Origin: Kofleriaceae bacterium
Lineage (GTDB): Bacteria > Myxococcota_A > Polyangia > Haliangiales > Haliangiaceae
Length of the DNA: 64,000 bases
NCBI GenBank assembly: GCA_965215005.1
Contig: CBDCCZ010000032.1
Location: forward strand, 18,993 to 82,992
Reading direction: 5' to 3'
The notes under the pieces are model-generated. The model was not told where the DNA came from, did no database searches, and was given only the letters and a program-made list of their open reading frames with translations. Below, one piece after another: positions 1 to 14,752 of this stretch. How positions within the stretch are numbered: the first letter of the stretch is position 1; the number at the start of each line of letters is the position of its first letter. Position numbers and translations under genes: made by a program.

Positions 1-1506
1 TACTACCACGATCTCGGCAAGTCGCTGCAGCCGAAGTACTTCATCGAGAATCTCGAGCCGGGCGAGTCGAGTCCACACGACCGACTGGCGCCGGAGGTTT
101 CGTGCGACGCGATCTTCGCGCACGTCACCGAGGGCATCGCCCACGCCCGTAAGCAAGGGCTCCCTGAGCGCATCATCGACTTCATGCACATGCATCACGG
201 CGATGGCTTGCTCGAATATTTTTGGAGCAAGTGCCGCGAGCAGGGCAATCCCAAGAGCCTCAGCGAGGAAGATTTTCGCTATCCGGGATTGCGACCGCAG
301 AGCCGCGAAACTGCCATCCTGGCGATCGTCGATGCCGTCGAGGCGGCCTCGCGCACGCTCAAGAATCCCGATGAGCGGGCCATCGGCAACCTCGTACAGC
401 GCATCGTGTACGGCAAGCTGCACCTTGGCCAGCTCGACGAATCGGGGCTGAGCATGGCCGACCTGCGGCGCATCTCCAACTCGCTGCGCGAGACCATCAA
501 GCACGCGCACCACGGCCGCATCGAATATCCATGGCAGCGCGAAGCGCGCGAGGAAGAGAAGCGAGCGGCTCAGACCGCCGCGGCCACGGTTGCCGACCGC
601 CCGGCGGCGCCGGAGCCCGCGAGCTCGCCGGGGCGGCTCGTGACCCAGCAGCTCATCGCCGAGCCGCGACTGGACTCGCTGGATGTCCCACGACCGTACT
701 GGCGCGCCCGCACCCGCGCTGGCACCACCCGGGAGCCAGCCGGGGTCGTCGGCTCGGAATCCGGCTCGCTGCGCAGCGGCCTCGCCACCACCGGGGTGGC
801 CGATACGCAAAACGCGCCGCTTCCGAGTGCCAGCGAGGCGAGCTCGAGCAGTGGGTCCACCGACGGCGCTGGCGCCGCGACGGGCGCGGGTCCGGGGACG
901 GCCGATGCCGCCGGCGAGATGGGCACCGGTCCCACGGCGGCGGTGCCGCGACGTCGTGCTCCGACCTTGCCGGGTGCGGGAGCGACGACCACAGGACGTA
1001 TGCGGGCGCCAACGAGCAGCGCCATCGAAGCCTCCCAGGCCGGTTCCGCGGGAGCAACGCCCCGCGTGGTCGCCCCCCGCGAGCTCGCCAGTGCTGCCCC
1101 GGCACCGGACCCCTACGGCGAGGAAGGCCCCACCGCCCAGGCGCCCATCACCTATCCCGCCAGCCACAGCGAGCGCCTGCGCGTCCCCCAGGTGCCGCCC
1201 ACCGGATACGGCGACGAGGGCGGAACCGTGCAAGTTGCCTATCCAGCCACGGCGTCGGGCCCCATCACCATCGCCGCGGCCGAAACCAGCGAGTCGCCGC
1301 CGCCCGCAGCGAGCCAGTCAACCGATGAGCTTGCGCCCGGTGTACTGGTCATCGGGCCGCCGCCCGCCACCCGCCCCCGCACCGTCACCGGCGCGGAGGA
1401 GCCTGGCGCTAGCGCGGCTGCCGCTTCCCGCGATCGGCCGGCGCACAAGCCGGCGTCGCCGGTGGCTTCGATGATGCCACCGCGGGCCTCGAGCAAACGC
1501 GACTGA
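1..1506 (+). CDS. HDIG/HD-domain phosphohydrolase (PgpH-like 7TM-HD family), 5'-truncated by the window edge, with a long Ala/Pro/Thr-rich C-terminal tail
   Basis: Frame 1 from base 1 reads YYHDLGKSLQPKYFIEN...HVTEG...HHGDGL..YF...FRYPG.RPQSRETAILAIVDAVEAASRTL, typical of 7TM-HD proteins. Confidence 0.85.
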   Translation, partial: YYHDLGKSLQPKYFIENLEPGESSPHDRLAPEVSCDAIFAHVTEGIAHARKQGLPERIIDFMHMHHGDGLLEYFWSKCREQGNPKSLSEEDFRYPGLRPQSRETAILAIVDAVEAASRTLKNPDERAIGNLVQRIVYGKLHLGQLDESGLSMADLRRISNSLRETIKHAHHGRIEYPWQREAREEEKRAAQTAAATVADRPAAPEPASSPGRLVTQQLIAEPRLDSLDVPRPYWRARTRAGTTREPAGVVGSESGSLRSGLATTGVADTQNAPLPSASEASSSSGSTDGAGAATGAGPGTADAAGEMGTGPTAAVPRRRAPTLPGAGATTTGRMRAPTSSAIEASQAGSAGATPRVVAPRELASAAPAPDPYGEEGPTAQAPITYPASHSERLRVPQVPPTGYGDEGGTVQVAYPATASGPITIAAAETSESPPPAASQSTDELAPGVLVIGPPPATRPRTVTGAEEPGASAAAASRDRPAHKPASPVASMMPPRASSKRD

Positions 1507-1579
1507 CCACGGCGCGAGGCGTCGATCGCTCGAGGCAACTTCGTAGTGAAGGACGCCGCATCGGCGCCGCGCCACGGCC

Positions 1580-1849
1580 CTACGGATCGTATCCAGCGCC
1601 GCTGTCACTGCGCGAAAAGCGCAGCGCCCGCAAATCCTCATAGGCCAGGGCGTACCGTTCTTTGCGAGTAACCGCGACCACCAGCTCCGTGCCGAGCTCG
1701 ATGCGCAGCACCTTCCCAATGATGAGCGGCTCTGCTCCCAGCGAGGCAAATAACGTCGCTTCGCTGTCGCTCGGCAATTGAATCGAGTCGCCTTCCTTGC
1801 GACCACCACCGTGTTCCACCAGGATTTCGGCCAGCACTTTGTTCGTCAT
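1580..1849 (-). CDS. small hypothetical protein (89 aa)
   Basis: Globular-looking composition; TAGAAT lies 9 nt upstream of the ATG. Confidence 0.7.
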   Translation of the reverse strand: MTNKVLAEILVEHGGGRKEGDSIQLPSDSEATLFASLGAEPLIIGKVLRIELGTELVVAVTRKERYALAYEDLRALRFSRSDSGAGYDP

Positions 1850-2456
1850 GACCTGCCGATTCTATGCCGCGAGGGCGCTGCGATCTATCTGCCGTTTGGC
1901 GAGGTTGTCGCTGCTCGCCGCCATGGTGGCTTGCGGCGCGCCGCAGAGCGTGGGTCCGTCGGCAGCCACGGTGGCATCAATCGAGCGCGCCGAGGCCGCA
2001 CAGGCGGCGCGCCAATACCAGCGCGCTCGCGCCTACTATCAGCAGGCGGAGGAGCACGCACCGGATGGCCGCAGCCGGGCCTTTGCAGCCGCGGAGCACG
2101 GGCGCGCCCTCGCCTTTTGGGGCGAGCACGCCGCCGCTGCCACCGCCCTCGAACGCGCCGCCGCCGCCGATCCCACCGATGCCAGTGTGTGGCACGACCT
2201 CGGAATCATTCGCCACCAACGTGGCGATGTCGATGGCGCGATACGCGCGCTCCACCGCGCCATCGCATTGGCGCCCAAGGAGCCGCGCCCACGCATCGCC
2301 TTGGCCGCCCTGCTATGGCGGCATCAGCACCTGCGCGCGGCTCTCGCTCAGTACCGCGCGCTTCGCCACCTGCCCTTGCCCGAGCGGCTGCGGGTGTCGG
2401 TCGACTGGGCGATTGCGCGGCTTACCGGCCCGCAGGCGCCCGCGGCCGATCGCTGA
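1848..2456 (+). CDS. TPR-repeat lipoprotein (start uncertain)
   Basis: LSLLAAMVAC lipobox-like segment; TPR helices (VWHDLGIIRHQRGDVDGAIRALHRAIALAP). Confidence 0.7.
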   Translation: MTCRFYAARALRSICRLARLSLLAAMVACGAPQSVGPSAATVASIERAEAAQAARQYQRARAYYQQAEEHAPDGRSRAFAAAEHGRALAFWGEHAAAATALERAAAADPTDASVWHDLGIIRHQRGDVDGAIRALHRAIALAPKEPRPRIALAALLWRHQHLRAALAQYRALRHLPLPERLRVSVDWAIARLTGPQAPAADR

Positions 2457-2534
2457 GCGCCGGCTGCGCGCCCCCGATCGCTCGCAGCGCCCGCGGCTCG
2501 GCAGTCGCGACGTGCCCCCGCTATACTCGCGGTC

Positions 2535-4988
2535 ATGGGGCGCCATCTGGCAATCGGCTTGGGACTTCTCGCGGCGCTCGCCGGCGAGCCCCGGGCGCGC
2601 GCCTATGACTTCGAGTGGATTGGCCGGGTCGAGCTCGACGCCCAAGGACTGAGCTCGGAAAGCCCCAAGGAACGCCTCCAGGCGGTCCAGAAGCTCACGC
2701 ACTACGATATCGAGCAGACCAAGGAGCACCTGCTAGCGGCGCTGCGCGATCCGGATCCCGCCGTGCGCCACGCTGCCGGCCGCGTCCTCGGCCGCAAAGG
2801 CGCCACCGAGGCGGCTGCAGTGGTCATCGAGTGGCTCACCGATCCCTCGAGCGCCACCAAACAGGAGGCCGCCGACATCCTAGGCGAGCTGGGAGGGCCT
2901 GCCGCGACCGCCGCACTGATCCGCTCGCTTGGCGACGTCGACCCCGCGGTCCGGCTACGCGCGGCGCGGGCGCTCGGTGCCATTGGCGGCGCAGCGGTGA
3001 TCGTGCCGCTCATCGGTCGGCTCGAGGACGACAAATCCGAGGTGCGGCGTACTGCCATCGAGCAGCTCGAGCAGCTCGGTGATTCGCGCGCGGTCATCCC
3101 GCTCGTGGGCGCCTTCGAAGATCCCTCGGTCGAGGTGCGCAAGGCGGCGGTGTTGGCCGTGGGTCACCTCGGTGATAGCGCCGCGGTGCCCGCGCTGGTG
3201 CGGCTGTTGCGCGATCCGCTCGAAGACATTCAGATCAACGCGGTCACCTCGCTAGGCAACCTCCGCGCCGCCGATGCCGTCGATGCGCTGGTCGAGGTCT
3301 TCGGCAGCGGCAGCGAGCACTTCAACGCCAAAGTGGCGTATGCACTCGGCCAAATCGCCAAGCAGGCCGCTGCGCAAACCGCGAAAACGGCCCTTCGCGC
3401 GCTGGTCGAAGCGCTCGCGGATGGCCGCCTGCGCAGCGGCGCACGCGAGGCGTTGCGCAATGCGGGTCGGCGCGCGGTGCCGGCGCTGATCGCGCATCTT
3501 CGCGGTGACATCGGCGGCGATCCGGGCGCCGCGGTGGTGCTACTCGCAGAGCTGGGCGATCCGCGCGCTACCGAGGTGCTGATCGATGAGCTCGAGCGGG
3601 GCCGGCTGCCGCGCGAAACCGTGCTAGCCGCGCTGGGTCGAACGGGTGACGAGCGCGCGCTGGTGCCGGTGCTGGGGCTGCTTTCCTCGAGCGACGCAGC
3701 GGTGCGCAGAATGGCCATGGAAGCGCTGCGTCCGCTAATTACTGCCGATTCAAGAGCGGCGGATGTGCTGGTCGATAGGCTCGTCGATCCCGAGCTCGAG
3801 ATTCGGGTTTTAGCGGCCGAGTACCTCGGGCTCACGCGCGCCAAAAGCGCCGTCGACGCGCTGATCATCGCCGCGCGCGGCGGCCACGAGGGTCGGCTGC
3901 GCTTGGCCGCCATCGATGCGTTGGGCGAGATCGGCGATGCCCGCGCGGTGCCGACACTGCTCGAGACGCTCAAAGACGGCCCTTCGCAGCTGTTTGCAGC
4001 GGCCGCCAAAGCGTTGGTCTACATCGCCCACGAGCCCTCGATGGCGGCCCTTGCTACGCTTGCCGCCGCGCCGCAAGCGCCCGCTCGGCTGCACGCGATC
4101 CGCGCGCTCACCGGCGTGCTTCGCGGTCGCCAGCACGACGAGATTCGCGCCCTGCTAGAGCGTCTGGCCACCGATGACCAGCTGCCGGTCAGCTTGGCGG
4201 CGATCGAGGCGCTCGGTGCGATGAAGGGGCGCGATAGCAGCGACACGTTGTTGGCGCTGGCGCGTTCGCACAGCCCCGACCGGCGCCGGGCGGCGATCAC
4301 CGCGCTGGGCAATACCGGCGCCAACGAGGCGGTCCCAGCGCTGCTCGCGGCGCTACGCTGGAGCGACGATCGCGTCAGTGGCGACGCCGCCTGGGCCCTG
4401 GCCAAGCTCGCCGATCCGCGGGCCATCCCGGTGCTGCAAGAGGCCGCGAGAGGCCGGCGCTGGGCGACCGCCATCAATGCAACCGCGGCGCTCGCCCAGA
4501 TGGCCGCACGGGAGAACGCGGAGTCGCTGCGCGCGCTGCTGGGGCACCGCAACCGACTGGTGCGCATCAACGCCGCGACCGGGCTCGGCAGAGCCGGCGG
4601 CGAGGAGGCAGTGGCAGCGTTGGCGCGCACCGCCCGTCGAGACCGCAGTCCCGCTGTTCGCGCCGCCGCCGCGCGCGCGCTGCGACGCATTGGTGGCATC
4701 GCGGCCCGCCGTGCCCTCGCCGCCGTCGCGCGCGATCGCGATGAGCAGGTCCGCGAAGCTGCCAGCGGCGGCAGCTTCACGCCTCCGCCACGCAGCGACT
4801 GGCGTAGTTTCTACGTCGTTGATCCCACCAGCGATGGCGCCCCGGTCGAGCAAGAGCCCTACTTCATCATCGCCAGCGACGGTCTGGTCACCGCCTACTA
4901 CACCGACGCCCGCGGCAGCTTCGGCGAAGAGCAGTTTCCTGCTGGCCCCGCGGTACGCGCCCCGAAATCGCGCACCGACCAGCAGTAG
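2535..4988 (+). CDS. exported HEAT-repeat (PBS-lyase-like) protein
   Basis: Signal peptide ending ARA; many D....VR..AA.ALG.LG repeats; TATACT 7 nt upstream of the ATG. Confidence 0.85.
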   Translation: MGRHLAIGLGLLAALAGEPRARAYDFEWIGRVELDAQGLSSESPKERLQAVQKLTHYDIEQTKEHLLAALRDPDPAVRHAAGRVLGRKGATEAAAVVIEWLTDPSSATKQEAADILGELGGPAATAALIRSLGDVDPAVRLRAARALGAIGGAAVIVPLIGRLEDDKSEVRRTAIEQLEQLGDSRAVIPLVGAFEDPSVEVRKAAVLAVGHLGDSAAVPALVRLLRDPLEDIQINAVTSLGNLRAADAVDALVEVFGSGSEHFNAKVAYALGQIAKQAAAQTAKTALRALVEALADGRLRSGAREALRNAGRRAVPALIAHLRGDIGGDPGAAVVLLAELGDPRATEVLIDELERGRLPRETVLAALGRTGDERALVPVLGLLSSSDAAVRRMAMEALRPLITADSRAADVLVDRLVDPELEIRVLAAEYLGLTRAKSAVDALIIAARGGHEGRLRLAAIDALGEIGDARAVPTLLETLKDGPSQLFAAAAKALVYIAHEPSMAALATLAAAPQAPARLHAIRALTGVLRGRQHDEIRALLERLATDDQLPVSLAAIEALGAMKGRDSSDTLLALARSHSPDRRRAAITALGNTGANEAVPALLAALRWSDDRVSGDAAWALAKLADPRAIPVLQEAARGRRWATAINATAALAQMAARENAESLRALLGHRNRLVRINAATGLGRAGGEEAVAALARTARRDRSPAVRAAAARALRRIGGIAARRALAAVARDRDEQVREAASGGSFTPPPRSDWRSFYVVDPTSDGAPVEQEPYFIIASDGLVTAYYTDARGSFGEEQFPAGPAVRAPKSRTDQQ

Positions 4989-5026
4989 CTGCGCAAAGCG
5001 CTCACCCGGGAGGCAAGCGTCGCTCG

Positions 5027-5824
5027 TTAAGCCTGGGTCGCGGGCGTCGCTTTGACGTCCTGGAGCCAGGTGTGAATGTCGTGGCAGACGCGCTCCCAGC
5101 CGGGCTCGGCCAACGTGTAGTGCGAGCGGCCGTCATATTCGAGATAGTCCGTGCGCGCTGCAGAACGGGCGTAGCGGCGATGATTGGCGCGAGTCATGTC
5201 AGCTGTGATAGTTCGGTCGGCGCCTCCTCCAATGAGGAGGAGTGGCCCGCGGGCCGCGCCGAAGTCGATCGACAAGCTCGGTTTGAACAAGGCGAGAGCC
5301 GCTTGAAAGAACAACCGCCCGGACGAAGGCACCACGAACCGCTCGTAGTGCTCGGCTTTGTCGGCGTCGGGCAGGCCGTTGGCGAAGTCCTTCCCGAAGG
5401 TCGCGGGGGACATGCAGACGACCTTTTTCCAAGCCCCCCACTGCAGCAACACCTCGGAGCTGGCAGCGACGGCCCGCAAGCTCGGCAGCACGCCGCGAGG
5501 CGGCGCAGGATGTATGGCGACGCCGGCCTTGCCCAGCCCTTGCGCCAGGAGCATCTGGACGAATAGGCCTCCGAAGGAGTGGCCGATGAGGATCGGAGGC
5601 TCTGGCAGCTGCCGAATGAACGCGGCGTAGTGATCGACGATATCGTGAATACCGAGGGTTGCCAGGGCCTGCGGAGGATTAGCACGCAGCGCCGGCGGCT
5701 CGTCATCGAGATGCGGCCAACACGGCGCCGAGCACGTGTAGCCAGCGTCGGAGAAGAAGGCACGATAGGTGTGCCAACATGCGCCGTTGACCCAGGCGCC
5801 ATGGATGAAGACGATAGCGGTCAT
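5027..5824 (-). CDS. alpha/beta-fold hydrolase
   Basis: IVFIHGAW, GHSFGG nucleophile elbow, GGADRT, SHY; start put at ATG 5824 because TACGGT is 7 nt upstream. Confidence 0.85.
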   Translation of the reverse strand: MTAIVFIHGAWVNGACWHTYRAFFSDAGYTCSAPCWPHLDDEPPALRANPPQALATLGIHDIVDHYAAFIRQLPEPPILIGHSFGGLFVQMLLAQGLGKAGVAIHPAPPRGVLPSLRAVAASSEVLLQWGAWKKVVCMSPATFGKDFANGLPDADKAEHYERFVVPSSGRLFFQAALALFKPSLSIDFGAARGPLLLIGGGADRTITADMTRANHRRYARSAARTDYLEYDGRSHYTLAEPGWERVCHDIHTWLQDVKATPATQA

Positions 5825-5895
5825 CCCGCGGACCGTAGCACCGAGGCGGGCCATGCCTCCTTTGAATAGCGCTGCGATGACGCTGCCGCTGGGTG

Positions 5896-6543
5896 CTACG
5901 CGGCGCGGCGGATGCCGTAATCGCGCGCAGCGTAATCGTGCAGCGCGGCTTCGAGCTGGCGGCGGGCGCGAAATAAGCGGCTCATCACGGTTCCGACCGG
6001 CACCTCGAGCTGCGCCGCGATGTCGCGATAGCGGACGCCGTGCAGGTCGGCGAGCTCGATCACCTTGCGGTAATCGTCGCTGAGCGCGGCGAGCGCGGCG
6101 GTCACCTCATCGCCCAGCGACTGCGCAACCAGCCGCGCGCGCGCGTCTGCAGCGTCGGCGGGGCCGTGAAAGGTCGCCGCGGCTTCCTCAGGGCGCTCTT
6201 GCACGAAGCGCTGCTGGCGACGCTGTTTGCGATAGATGTTGATGAAGCTGTTGGTGAGGATGCGCAGCAGCCAGCCGCGACAGTTGGAGCCCGCGACGAA
6301 GCGGCTCCAGGCCTGGTAGGCGCGCAACAGCGTCTCTTGCACCAGATCCGCGGCGTCGTCGGGCGACCGGGTGAGTCGCATCGCGTGGGCATGCAGCTCC
6401 TGGCGATGCGGCAGGCAGCAAGCATCGAAGTCGGCGGTGTCGTTCACCACCGACAGTGCCGCGCGGGCCGCTCGCGGCGGCGGCCGTCGCGAGCGGGTTC
6501 GGGGGCCAGGAGACGCGGGCAAGCAGCGAGCGGTGGCGTTCAT
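5896..6543 (-). CDS. ECF sigma-70 factor (SigH/SigR-like)
   Basis: DAADLVQETLLRAY, WLLRILTNSFINIYRK (region 2); YRDIAAQLEVPVGTVMSRLFRAR (region 4). Confidence 0.9.
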   Translation of the reverse strand: MNATARCLPASPGPRTRSRRPPPRAARAALSVVNDTADFDACCLPHRQELHAHAMRLTRSPDDAADLVQETLLRAYQAWSRFVAGSNCRGWLLRILTNSFINIYRKQRRQQRFVQERPEEAAATFHGPADAADARARLVAQSLGDEVTAALAALSDDYRKVIELADLHGVRYRDIAAQLEVPVGTVMSRLFRARRQLEAALHDYAARDYGIRRAA

Positions 6544-6555
6544 ACCCGCAGCAAT

Positions 6556-6571
6556 AGCAACGGCAGTGCCA
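6556..6571 (-). promoter_or_regulatory. sigma-54 (-24/-12) promoter upstream of the ECF sigma gene
   Basis: Minus strand reads TGGCAC-TGCCG-TTGCT, matching TGGCAC-N5-TTGC(A/T); AT-rich tract further upstream (about 6586-6614). Confidence 0.7.
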
Positions 6572-6669
6572 CGGGATGGGTTGCCTCAAATCCCTGTAAT
6601 GATTAAGCATATTTCCAGGTGCGGCGGCCTAGACACATGCGTCGTTGCCAGCGTGACGCGGCGTCGCTG

Positions 6670-8238
6670 TCAACGGGACAAGCCGACGGCCGCGCTCGCG
6701 CTTGCACCCTCGTCACCGCGGGCGTCGAGCTCGCGCAGGGCCAGTGGCACCGCTTCGATGAGGTCGCTGGCGGTCACGCTGCGGTCGCCGAGGCGCTCAC
6801 CGGCGAGCTCGCCGGCGCGGCCGTGCACGTACACCGCCACCCGCGCCGCATCCGCTGCGCTGGCGCCTTGCGCCAGCATGGCCGCGACCATCCCAGTCAA
6901 GACGTCACCGGCGCCCGCGGTGGCCAAGGCAGCGCTGGCGGTCGGATTGACGCTGACCACGCCTTCAGGGCCGTCGCAGACCAGCGTTCGCGCGCCCTTG
7001 AGCACCACCACCGCCCGCGCCGCGGAGGCGAGTCGCCGCACTGCCGAGAAGCGGTCGGCTTCGATGTCGGCGGTCGAGCAGGCGAGCAGTCGTGCTGCCT
7101 CGCCCGGATGCGGCGTCAGCACCACCGGCGCACGCGCCGCGGCCACAGGATTCAAGTCGCTGCCGAGGTGGTTGAGCGCATCGGCGTCGAGGACCATTGG
7201 CAGCGTCAGCTCGGCGAGCGCACCGAGCACCCAAGAACGCCCGCCAGCGTCGGTGGGCATGCCGGGGCCCATGGCCAGCGCCTGCTTGCCGCTCGCGAGC
7301 GTGCGCAGCTGCGAGAGTGGCTCGCGGCCCATGTCGATGGCCGCGGTCATTACGGGATCGGGTGCGTCGGGCTCGTCACCGGCGCTCGCCAAGGTCACCA
7401 CGCCGGCGCCGCCGCGCAGCGCCGCCCACGCGCTCAGGCGGGCCGCGCCACGTTTTCCCGGCGAACCGGCGACCACCAACGCGTGACCGCGCGAGCCTTT
7501 GTGATCCGTCGGCCGCACGGGCGGCAGCTGGGCGCAGGCGTCACTGACCTCGTACAGCCCTGCCCGCACCTGCCTGCGGCGCGCGAGCTCGGGCGGGATG
7601 CCGATGTCGGCCACTCGCACGTCGCCGCAGTGCAAAAACCCCGGCGACGATACCTGCGCGATCTTCAAGAACCCCATGGTGATGGTCACGTCGGCCGCCA
7701 CGCAGACACCGAGGACCTCGCCGGTATCGCTGCGTAGCCCGCTGGGAAGATCCACCGCCACTCGCCGACCCGGGCACCGCGCCATCCGCGTCAGCACCGC
7801 CCGGTAGTGGCCCTGGACCTGGCGGTCGAGCCCGGTCCCGAAGACTGCGTCCACCAGCACGTCGGCGCGATCGATGAGATGACCGTGCAGCGCCAGCGCC
7901 TCGGCGTCGGCGATCGACACGCAGACGCCGCCAATGGCGTCGTAAACCTGGCGATGAAGAGCCGCATCACCGCGGATCTTGCTCGCGTCGCCAGCGAGCA
8001 GCGCCGTCACTCGGCTGCCTGCAGCGTGCAGACAGCGGGCAATCACCCAGCCGTCGCCGCCGTTGTTGCCGGTGCCGCAGACCACCACCGCCAGCCCCCC
8101 CGGCGGCAGCAGCTCCGACACCGCCTCGGCCACGGCGCGCCCCGCGTTTTCCATCAACACGATGCCCGGCAGCCCGACCTCATCGATGGTCGCGCGGTCG
8201 AGCGCGCGCATTTCCTCCGCCGTCAGGACGTAACGCAT
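6670..8238 (-). CDS. nnr: bifunctional NAD(P)H-hydrate epimerase/dehydratase (NnrE-NnrD)
   Basis: LMENAG, CGTGNNGGDG, DAVFGTG, HKGSRG, LDADAL, LTPHPGEA, LATAGAGDVLTG. Confidence 0.95.
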   Translation of the reverse strand: MRYVLTAEEMRALDRATIDEVGLPGIVLMENAGRAVAEAVSELLPPGGLAVVVCGTGNNGGDGWVIARCLHAAGSRVTALLAGDASKIRGDAALHRQVYDAIGGVCVSIADAEALALHGHLIDRADVLVDAVFGTGLDRQVQGHYRAVLTRMARCPGRRVAVDLPSGLRSDTGEVLGVCVAADVTITMGFLKIAQVSSPGFLHCGDVRVADIGIPPELARRRQVRAGLYEVSDACAQLPPVRPTDHKGSRGHALVVAGSPGKRGAARLSAWAALRGGAGVVTLASAGDEPDAPDPVMTAAIDMGREPLSQLRTLASGKQALAMGPGMPTDAGGRSWVLGALAELTLPMVLDADALNHLGSDLNPVAAARAPVVLTPHPGEAARLLACSTADIEADRFSAVRRLASAARAVVVLKGARTLVCDGPEGVVSVNPTASAALATAGAGDVLTGMVAAMLAQGASAADAARVAVYVHGRAGELAGERLGDRSVTASDLIEAVPLALRELDARGDEGASASAAVGLSR

Positions 8239-8291
8239 GCCTCAGTATGCGCCCACCCGCGCGCCAATGCCTGGCGCCGCCCTAGTGCGGC

Positions 8292-9655
<1,364 letters not shown>

Positions 9656-9814
9656 GAAGTCCTGTGTAGCGCGAGCCTCGGCTGCAATTCCACCGCCGCC
9701 TGGCGATTCTCGCGCGCCGCCCCCCGACGACAGCCGCCCGACAGCGCCCTTCCCCGACCTCCGGGACGTCGTGATGCCGCTCTCTCGCGCCCCGTCTTGC
9801 GGGCGCGCCGGCAA

Positions 9815-10860
9815 TCACGGCTCGCGCGGTGAGGGGCTATCTGCCCGTATCGGTTGGAGCGTGACTTGCTTGGGGATGGTTTCGAAGCCGACGCCGTCTG
9901 GGGGATTGTCGATGGCGACGTCGGCGCTGCGGGGCTTTCGGCGCGCGAGGTCTTCGGCAAACACCTTCACCACCGGCGTGATGGCGTCGCCAAGCGCGTC
10001 CACGGCGTTGCGCGAGCCTCGCACGACTACCATCACTTGGCCGGGGTCGGTTTCGAAGCCGCGAATCGGCTGCTCGACCTCGGAGCCGGCGCGGATCGAA
10101 ACCGGCAGCGGACCGAGGGTGCGAGTGATGAGCTCTTCGGCGAGCTCGACCTCGACCTTGGCCACGGCGGTCTCGATGATTTCCACGTACTGCTCGGGAG
10201 AGACGATACGAATGATGTCGGTGAAGTCTTCGCTGCGGCCATCGAGGCGCAGCTCCTGCGTCCGCACGCTGCTGATCGCTTTGACGACGCCTTCGGCGCC
10301 CCGAATGGTGACCGTCGAGGGCGTCACCACCGTTCGCTCGACCTTGTAGCCGCGCTTGGGAAACCCGCTGGTAGCGACCGTCACCGGCACCACCTTTTCC
10401 GCGCGCTGCTCGAAGTTGACGCGGATGGCGCGCGGATTGAGCGCGAGCACCTTGAGCCCTGGGGGCAACCGAATCATGTCTTCGGTAAAGGTGTACTCGC
10501 CTCCGGAACGAAGATTGGTCAAGTCGACGTTGATTCGCTCCAGCTCACGCTCATCGAACTCTTTGATGCGCCGCCACGAGCCGCGCACGGTGACGTCGAT
10601 CTCGGAAGCGGGCTCCGAGGTCAGGACCTTGTCGCGCGGCAACGTATAGCTCACGCCGACGCCGGCGGTGATGACCACGTCTTTGTCACTGTTGACCAGA
10701 AAGAACATCGCCACCGCGAGCACGAAGGCGACGAACTTGAGCCGCTTGTTGTCGGTGAGCGCACGCCGCATCGTTCGCCGCGCAGTCTCGACGAGCGACT
10801 CGGCCTCGCCGCGCTCGCCTCGCTCGCCTCGCGTCGGCAGCCGCGTCGGATCGGTGGTGC

Positions 10861-10864
<4 letters not shown>
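9815..10864 (-). CDS. cdaR: YbbR-domain diadenylate cyclase regulator (CdaR-like)
   Basis: N-terminal TM helix; repeated P..V.V.G beta domains; lies between cdaA and glmM. Confidence 0.75.
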
Positions 10865-11819
<955 letters not shown>

Positions 11820-11823
<4 letters not shown>

Positions 11824-12671
11824 GCCCCGCCCATGACTATAGCGTGGTACACGCGCAGGGCGGGACGGAGCAACGCCACGTTGTGCACCCGTGCAAGGTG
11901 CGCCCCAGCGCCAAACGCCGCGAGCGCTGCTCCTACGGTGGCTGCGTCGCGCGCCAACATGTCGTTCGCTGCGGCGTGCGCGGCGGCGGTGACGAACCGC
12001 TTGCGCGACGGCCCCACCATCACCGGGCATCGCAGCGCCGCCGCCAGCTCACCACTGCGCCGACACAACGCCAGGTTCATCGCCGCGCTCTTGCCGAACC
12101 CCAACCCGGGGTCGACGATGACGCGGCTGCGCAAGCTCTCTGGCAGCCGCGCGACCACCGCGCCGAGCTCGACCACCACCTCGTCGTAACCCACCGCATC
12201 ATCACCACCGTGAATGGCCGCGATACTGTCGCCCCGCGCGTGGCCGAGGATGACCGCCGCGTCGGCGCTCGCGGCGACCTCGAGAATGCGCGGCTCGAAG
12301 TGCCCGCCGGAGATGTCGTTGATGAGCTCGGCCCCGGCTTCGACGGCCGCTCTGGCGACCTCCGCCTTGGTCGTATCCACGGAAATCGGCACGCCGCATC
12401 GCGCCGCCAACACCTCGATGATGCCCACCACCCGCTGCCGCTCAATGCGAGCATCCACCGCGGTCGCGCCGGGACGAGTCGACTCGCCGCCGACGTCGAG
12501 TACATCGGCGCCGGCTTCGATCAGCGCCTCGGCTTGTGCGAGCGCTGCATCGAGCTGCAAATAGCGCCCGCCATCGGAGAACGAATCCGGCGTGGCGTTG
12601 ACGACGCCGCAGATATACGGCGCCGTCCAATCAAAGGTGCGCTGGCGAAAGTGAATTGGCGGCAGGCCCAC
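11820..12671 (-). CDS. folP: dihydropteroate synthase
   Basis: VNATPDSFSDGG, DVGGESTRPG, SVDTTK, DPGLGFGK, GPSRKRF, RVHNV. Confidence 0.95.
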
Positions 12672-12682
12672 CGGGGCTCCGC

Positions 12683-14626
<1,944 letters not shown>

Positions 14627-14752
14627 ACTAAACCGCCTTAGCGAGAAGAGAGCCAGAGCCCGCCGAGCGTGCGCACGCCCGGGCGCAAGTATACCTGCAG
14701 AGCCCCGTCCGACCAGGTCGCAGCGCTCTTCCAGAACAAAGCCAAACTTCAG

